DNA of 64,000 bases, taken from the NCBI GenBank assembly GCA_012295275.1, contig CM022676.1:16988001-17052000 (forward strand), given 5' to 3'. Shown here one piece after another: positions 52,435 to 64,000 of this stretch. A program made the translations under genes and the position numbers. Within the stretch, counting starts at the first letter, position 1. The number at the start of each line of letters is the position of its first letter. Below the pieces are notes generated by a model. The model was not told the origin of the DNA and did no database searches. It worked only from the letters and a program-made list of their open reading frames with translations. Source of the stretch: Chrysomallon squamiferum (Eukaryota; Animalia; Mollusca).

Positions 52435-53410
52435 TTCTTAATTAAGAACTGTCTACATCAGTCTGTCTGCATCAAACACTACTACTTTAATTCAGATGCT
52501 TATTGCTAGCTTTATATACATTGCACGTTGACTGACGCAGTTTATTTGGTAATCGTACACCTGTTTGTTACTAGTAGCTGAAGTGGAACGTATCACACTG
52601 ATGAAATAAAGAAAAAAGTATTATTATCAAGAACACTTAAAAAAACATTTGTTGTTGTAGTATATCTACTTGTCTGTCTACCTGTCTGTCTGTCTGACTG
52701 TCTGTCTGTCTGTCTGGCTGTCTGTCTGTCTCTTTCTGTCTGTCTATTTACCTATCTCTCTATTTATCTATCTATATTTATTTATTCAAACTTGTTTATC
52801 ATTATGTATACTTCAGAAAGGCAAACTAAAATATCCCTAGATACTTATGTGAAAGTTTCTAAATGTGAGTGTGTGTTTTTTTTTTCTGTTCGTGTGTCTA
52901 TGTGTGTGCGTACGCGCGCACGATTCTCTGATCAACGATTTACATATTCGTATGTTCAATTACAGAATATTCTGGTATGAAACTCTGAACCAATTTAGAT
53001 AAATTCTTCAGCGAATTCAGAATTTGAGAAATAAATATATTTAGTGTCTCTAGTACAAAAGACGTAAAAATAGTTGATTCATCGAGCATCAAAGTATTGT
53101 ATTATTAGAGATATTAATTAGAATAACACAATTGGTGACAACAATACGCAACCATTTATCAATACAACAGCGCAGTGTGAATCAATGTTATCAACATGTC
53201 TTAACAATTATATACTCAATACATTTTATTTTTAGTATAATCCTATCCCTTCTTGCGTCAAAGAGATAATGAAAATATATTTTGCTCATACTAAATGAGT
53301 AATATGATTATGAGCGGATTTTTGTTTTTTGCTAAATGGTAATGACAACTAAGAATGGATGTGAAATATATCTAGAAATTCTTCATCCCAATTATATAGC
53401 TGTCAGGTTT

Positions 53411-53446
<36 letters not shown>

Positions 53447-56400
53447 CACAGTCTCACTTGCTTTCTGTCAAGGTGATGTTTTACAGGTGCAGGGGTCTCT
53501 GATATTCTCTCAGTGGTAAAGCTCATGTTACAGTTTGATAGCTTCTGACAGAAACAATGTGATTACGGGATTTGTGTTTCAACATTCTTGTTGTAGCAAT
53601 GTGTAAGTCAAGAAATTAGTGTATACATACAGCCATATACACACACACACACAAAGACAAATATATGCAGGCAAACATAAACAGAAATGTGCGGACACTC
53701 ATCTGAAGAGATGAAGACACACATATACACACAAAACAGTTTATACGTAACTTAGATTTGTATCTGGCCTAAATAACAAACAAACTGACACTTTACAATA
53801 TATTTAATTGTCAAACAACTAAGACCAGTATACTGAAGTATTCGGAGGTAGGGGGAGGGTAGAAGAGCATTTTAAAATTGTCTTTAAGTAAATTGTAAGT
53901 TGTTAAGCGCGTGATCTTGCATAACAGGAAGACAAATTTGTAAATAAAATTAAATTAATATATAACAATATATAACCTTTAATATTATCAAAACAAGATT
54001 TCCTCATAACTATATTATCTAATGCATGTTGTCATTATCTTTGGAACATATTTGTGAAAAATATTTTAGACGATTTCGTTAAAAATACATGTGGACATAA
54101 CACAATTTTCATAATATTAAATGGTTCCTTCAAACGGTATCCAAAACATTACATGATCGATATCTGCAAATATGGAAAACCTGAAACGTTCTAAGAAGCG
54201 TATTCATTATAAATTCTACTAATTAAGAATGTATTGAAATTAGAACATTTTTATAGAGCTTTGTCAAACGGGATCTCATATTCTGGAGCGATCATCGCTA
54301 TATCGATGCGTTTTTAAGCGCTTACTTTGGAGCACTAAGCACAAGATAAAAGTGTAAAAAGATCTGGAATTTTCTAGAACAGCACTCTTCATTATCAAGT
54401 CTGTTGTAATTATCCGTTACTTTCCGCTTTCTGTACGATGTAACTCATGTCAGTAAAACGCTTTATCACACGTCGCTAAAAAGGGAAGTAGCTGAAAAAC
54501 AATCGCTCTAGAGAAGAGCAGTGTTCAAGCGAATGTTCGTGTCTTATGTAAAATTAGAACTCTGATGTTAAACTTGTTGTTAACGCTAGTTTAATATTGT
54601 AAGACAAAAGAGAAGATATTTGAAAGTTTGACAAATGTGTAGATGAATGTCATTATGTATTTAAAAGCCATGATGCGAGAAACGGTGTACCAGATAAATC
54701 CAGATATATTTTCAAACAATAATTTATTTAATATCAAAAATATGTTTACACGTTTATGTCGAAACACCGTTTATGTAACTTATTGGATGAGACTGCAACA
54801 TATTTTCACACGAAAGCGATAGAACTATTTAAATTAAAAATATAAATAAATAAATAAATACATTTTAAATATATAACATTGCAAATCATCATATGTTCTG
54901 TTCCTATAACTTGAATTTTGTTCTTTTACATTCTGGTTCTATAGATATATTTTATGTTTATTTCTTAAAGATATTTATCTAGTTATATGTTATGGTTAAA
55001 TCTTCATTCAAAGAGTTGCACTCCTAAACATACTTCAGCATTCAGTGAAGAAAATGTACAGAATTCTATGTCATTATTCATTGTAATAGCTACATATAGT
55101 TAGTGTCTTGTTTATTGATTTTATTTTCTGATTCTTACTAATAAAGGGAGGTTATTTCTTCCTAATTTCACTCTTTGCTACTTTAAAATCTATATATATT
55201 ATTATATATCAAGCGCACTTAATTTGTTTTTTCTAAATGATGTCATACATTATTATGTAGACAAATATGGCATACAGGTGTATGTGTAATGTATAACTGA
55301 TTATACTAAATTAATGGAATACCATTATATAGACTGGATTTGACCAGTGATTTAATTGACGTACTAGTTCGGATGTAAGTCAATGTTTAGTTGATTTCTT
55401 TGACGTCCGCTCAGTAACGTAATATTTAAATACCACCGACTTGAATATGACAGCCTTGCGATAGATATAAATAGTGGAGTAAACTTTGTGAATTTGACTG
55501 TTGTGGAAATGCTTAGGACATACTGCTGCTAAAGGCAAGTTAATGTGACAAATGAGATTACACAACTGTTGTTATAAGTAACGAAAATAAATATGTTATA
55601 ATCTTCATGACTGAGTATTATTTTGATTGTATTTTGTTATGACAACAAATAATAAGACTCTTAACGTATTTTCGTCTGTTTTGTGTTATGTGGATAATAA
55701 TTAAGTGACATTTTAAACATTCTTGCTCTGGGCTCTAGTTTCACATGGATATTATAAATTATTGTCATCAGTTAGATAACATGTCAAAGATCTAACTTAT
55801 TTGTTTCTACAAAACATAAATGCCATACACTGTTTCTACCAGAAACAAATTAATCAGAATTTTACTAGATATAGTTTAATCAGAATCTTACTAGGCATAG
55901 TTTAATCAGAATCTTACTAGGCATAGTTTAATAACAGTTTTACTAGACATATATTATTCACAATTTTACTCAACAAAGACTAATTAGAATTTTACTTGAC
56001 AAAATTTAATCACAATTAAATAGCCACAGCTCTTTACAGTTTACTAGACAGATTAATAACAATTTCACTCGAGGTAGTTCATTCTCAGTTTTAATGGACA
56101 TAGATTAACTAGAATTTTACTAAACACAGTTAAGTCACAGTTTCACAAGACATAGAGTAAGTAGAAGTTTAGTAGACAGAGGTTAATCACAAATTTAATA
56201 TACACAGATTAATTAGAATATGAAAAAAAGCATAGTTTAATCACAATTTTACAGATTTATCGCAATTATATGCTGTACAGTATCAGTTAATTGAAAGAAA
56301 AACAGTGTAATTTTAGAACATAAACTACTATTGTCTTGAAGAAAACATAACAGTAATAAACCACATTTAAAACAAATTTGTCTAACTACGATTTTGTATG

Positions 56401-56591
56401 AAAAGCAAAAGATATATATATATATATATATATAATTAGGTGTTTTGATTTTAAAAAATCAATAATAGTGAATAATTGTTATATAATTTCATATCCTGCA
56501 AATATATGGGGTTTTTTCGATGTTTAACCTATATATATATGTCGGTACGTATATGTGTATATGTAGGAATGAATGAACGTATCTACAAAAC

Positions 56592-56643
<52 letters not shown>

Positions 56644-56760
56644 GTATATATTATTTATGTATGTACGTACGTATGTATGTATGTGTGTATATATGTACAG
56701 TAAAAGTAATAAAATAAATTGTTTCGAAGTTTTGAGTAAACACAGTTATAAAGAGATATT

Positions 56761-62692
<5,932 letters not shown>

Positions 62693-63078
62693 CTGAAAAA
62701 TACATATATGTACATACATGTATACATATATATAGTAAGCACCACGATGACAACATCTATTACATTTAAAGTAACTACTACTCTTCTACTATTAACTTTT
62801 TTTTGTTTTTGTTTTAGTTATTTCTTTTGACTTCTAAATGCAGTTGTAGTGGATCAGCCATTATACTATCTGGTGCACTGTGCTAACATAATGAAAGTGA
62901 TGGTGGGAACAATGTGAAATTTCTATGGGATCCAATAGGAAGGTTGCTCGTTGTCCAGCACTGCATTTCAAAACAATAAAAATACAACACTGCAATCAGT
63001 TTTCTTTAATAGATAACTGATTACTAGTATTACTTTTCTTCTGCATATATATTAAGTGTTGTATCTGATATAAGAAGA

Positions 63079-63480
63079 ATGCGTTTAAATAAAGAACAGA
63101 AGACAGAGAAAGGTCTCTTTAACCAGCACACAGCCACAACAACAGCTTCCACCAGTATCCATTTATTCAGAGCAGATGTGACCACACCCAAAACAACCAC
63201 GAGTAAACAGACTTCAAGGAAAAGGGCAAACATCACTTTTCTCACTGACACGTGTCACAAAACGAATCTCATCTGAGAAGAGCAGAACAAAAATGAGAGC
63301 TAAACAGCAGTTGGTAGACGCACGTGAAGATAATGTGAAATCCACAGCTGAATGTGTTGTATAGAGCAGATCTGAGGAGGAAACACAAGATTCACTTTTT
63401 CTATTTCAGGACAAAGACCCGAAGTCAGATGATTATGTGATTAGTAAGTATGCCTAAAGCGGAACACTGTTCACTACATC
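63079..63480 (+). mobile_element. Possible pogo/Tigger-like transposase C-terminal remnant
   Basis: RKRANITFLTDTCHKTNLI*EEQNK resembles the RKxRxxxILTxTPxK motif of DDE_1 transposases. Very degenerate. Confidence 0.25.
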
Positions 63481-64000
63481 AGTGTAACGATACCCCGAAC
63501 AAAAAGATGACGAAGGGGACCATGTAGTCAAATTTCTACGTGATAGATTCAGAATTAGTTGTGCATTTCTGAGTCTGAGCAGGAAATAATTAGCTCAGTC
63601 GAATGTCATTCTATAGTCTAATGTGAAAACTACTAAAACGCAGAAGGGAATCGTACAACTGGGTGTCAATGTGTTGAAAATGTAATTCGCCCATTAGTAT
63701 GTGCATTTGCGATGAAATTAATAATAATTTTTGAAAAATGCATTTGTCTTGATTTTAGATATTTTCACTGGCTGAGATCAAGGCTCGTAGGATGGATCAT
63801 TGCTCCCTTACCCTGTCACATAAGTGTACCTCATAAAGATCTTGATGACGACAACCTATCGAACTCTTTATTGTAATCTAAAGTGATAATGCATGTATAA
63901 GCATCAACAGTTTTAATATCAACTGTTATGAAGTGGACAAATATCTTAATAATGGCTACTTAGTTTCCACTTTAAAATAATAATAATAATAATAATAATA

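Noticed and set aside
62870-62965. Additional upstream exon of B3
   Set aside because: Good acceptor, but an in-frame stop in the expected phase and no counterpart in B1'.

Overview
This window is AT-rich, intron-rich animal DNA, probably mollusc or another lophotrochozoan (inferred from the gene and TE content). It is split into four contigs by three 200-N gaps, and Oxford Nanopore adapter remnants sit at two contig ends. The apparent large inverted duplications are dovetail overlaps between neighbouring contigs. The true order is probably rc(contig4) > contig3 > rc(contig2) > contig1, which puts all receptor genes in one orientation. The biology is an innate-immune-like cluster. (i) A family of type-I membrane receptors shares one TM exon plus three small cytoplasmic-tail exons and their introns, but carries different ectodomains: mucin-like/Ig/FN3 in the B copies and an SRCR array in the A copy. 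The SRCR version has three of four tail Tyr changed to His and has gained an Asp in its TM. (ii) A ZNFX1-like SF1 helicase/NF-X1 gene ends in a degenerate RZ finger and a 9-aa repeat tail. (iii) A secreted two-domain chitin-binding (CBM14) gene is nested antisense in the first intron of one receptor. Decayed LINE, I-like, Penelope-like and Gypsy elements, minisatellites and microsatellites fill the rest. All exon calls were made by hand from splice sites and translation, and identities were judged by eye.
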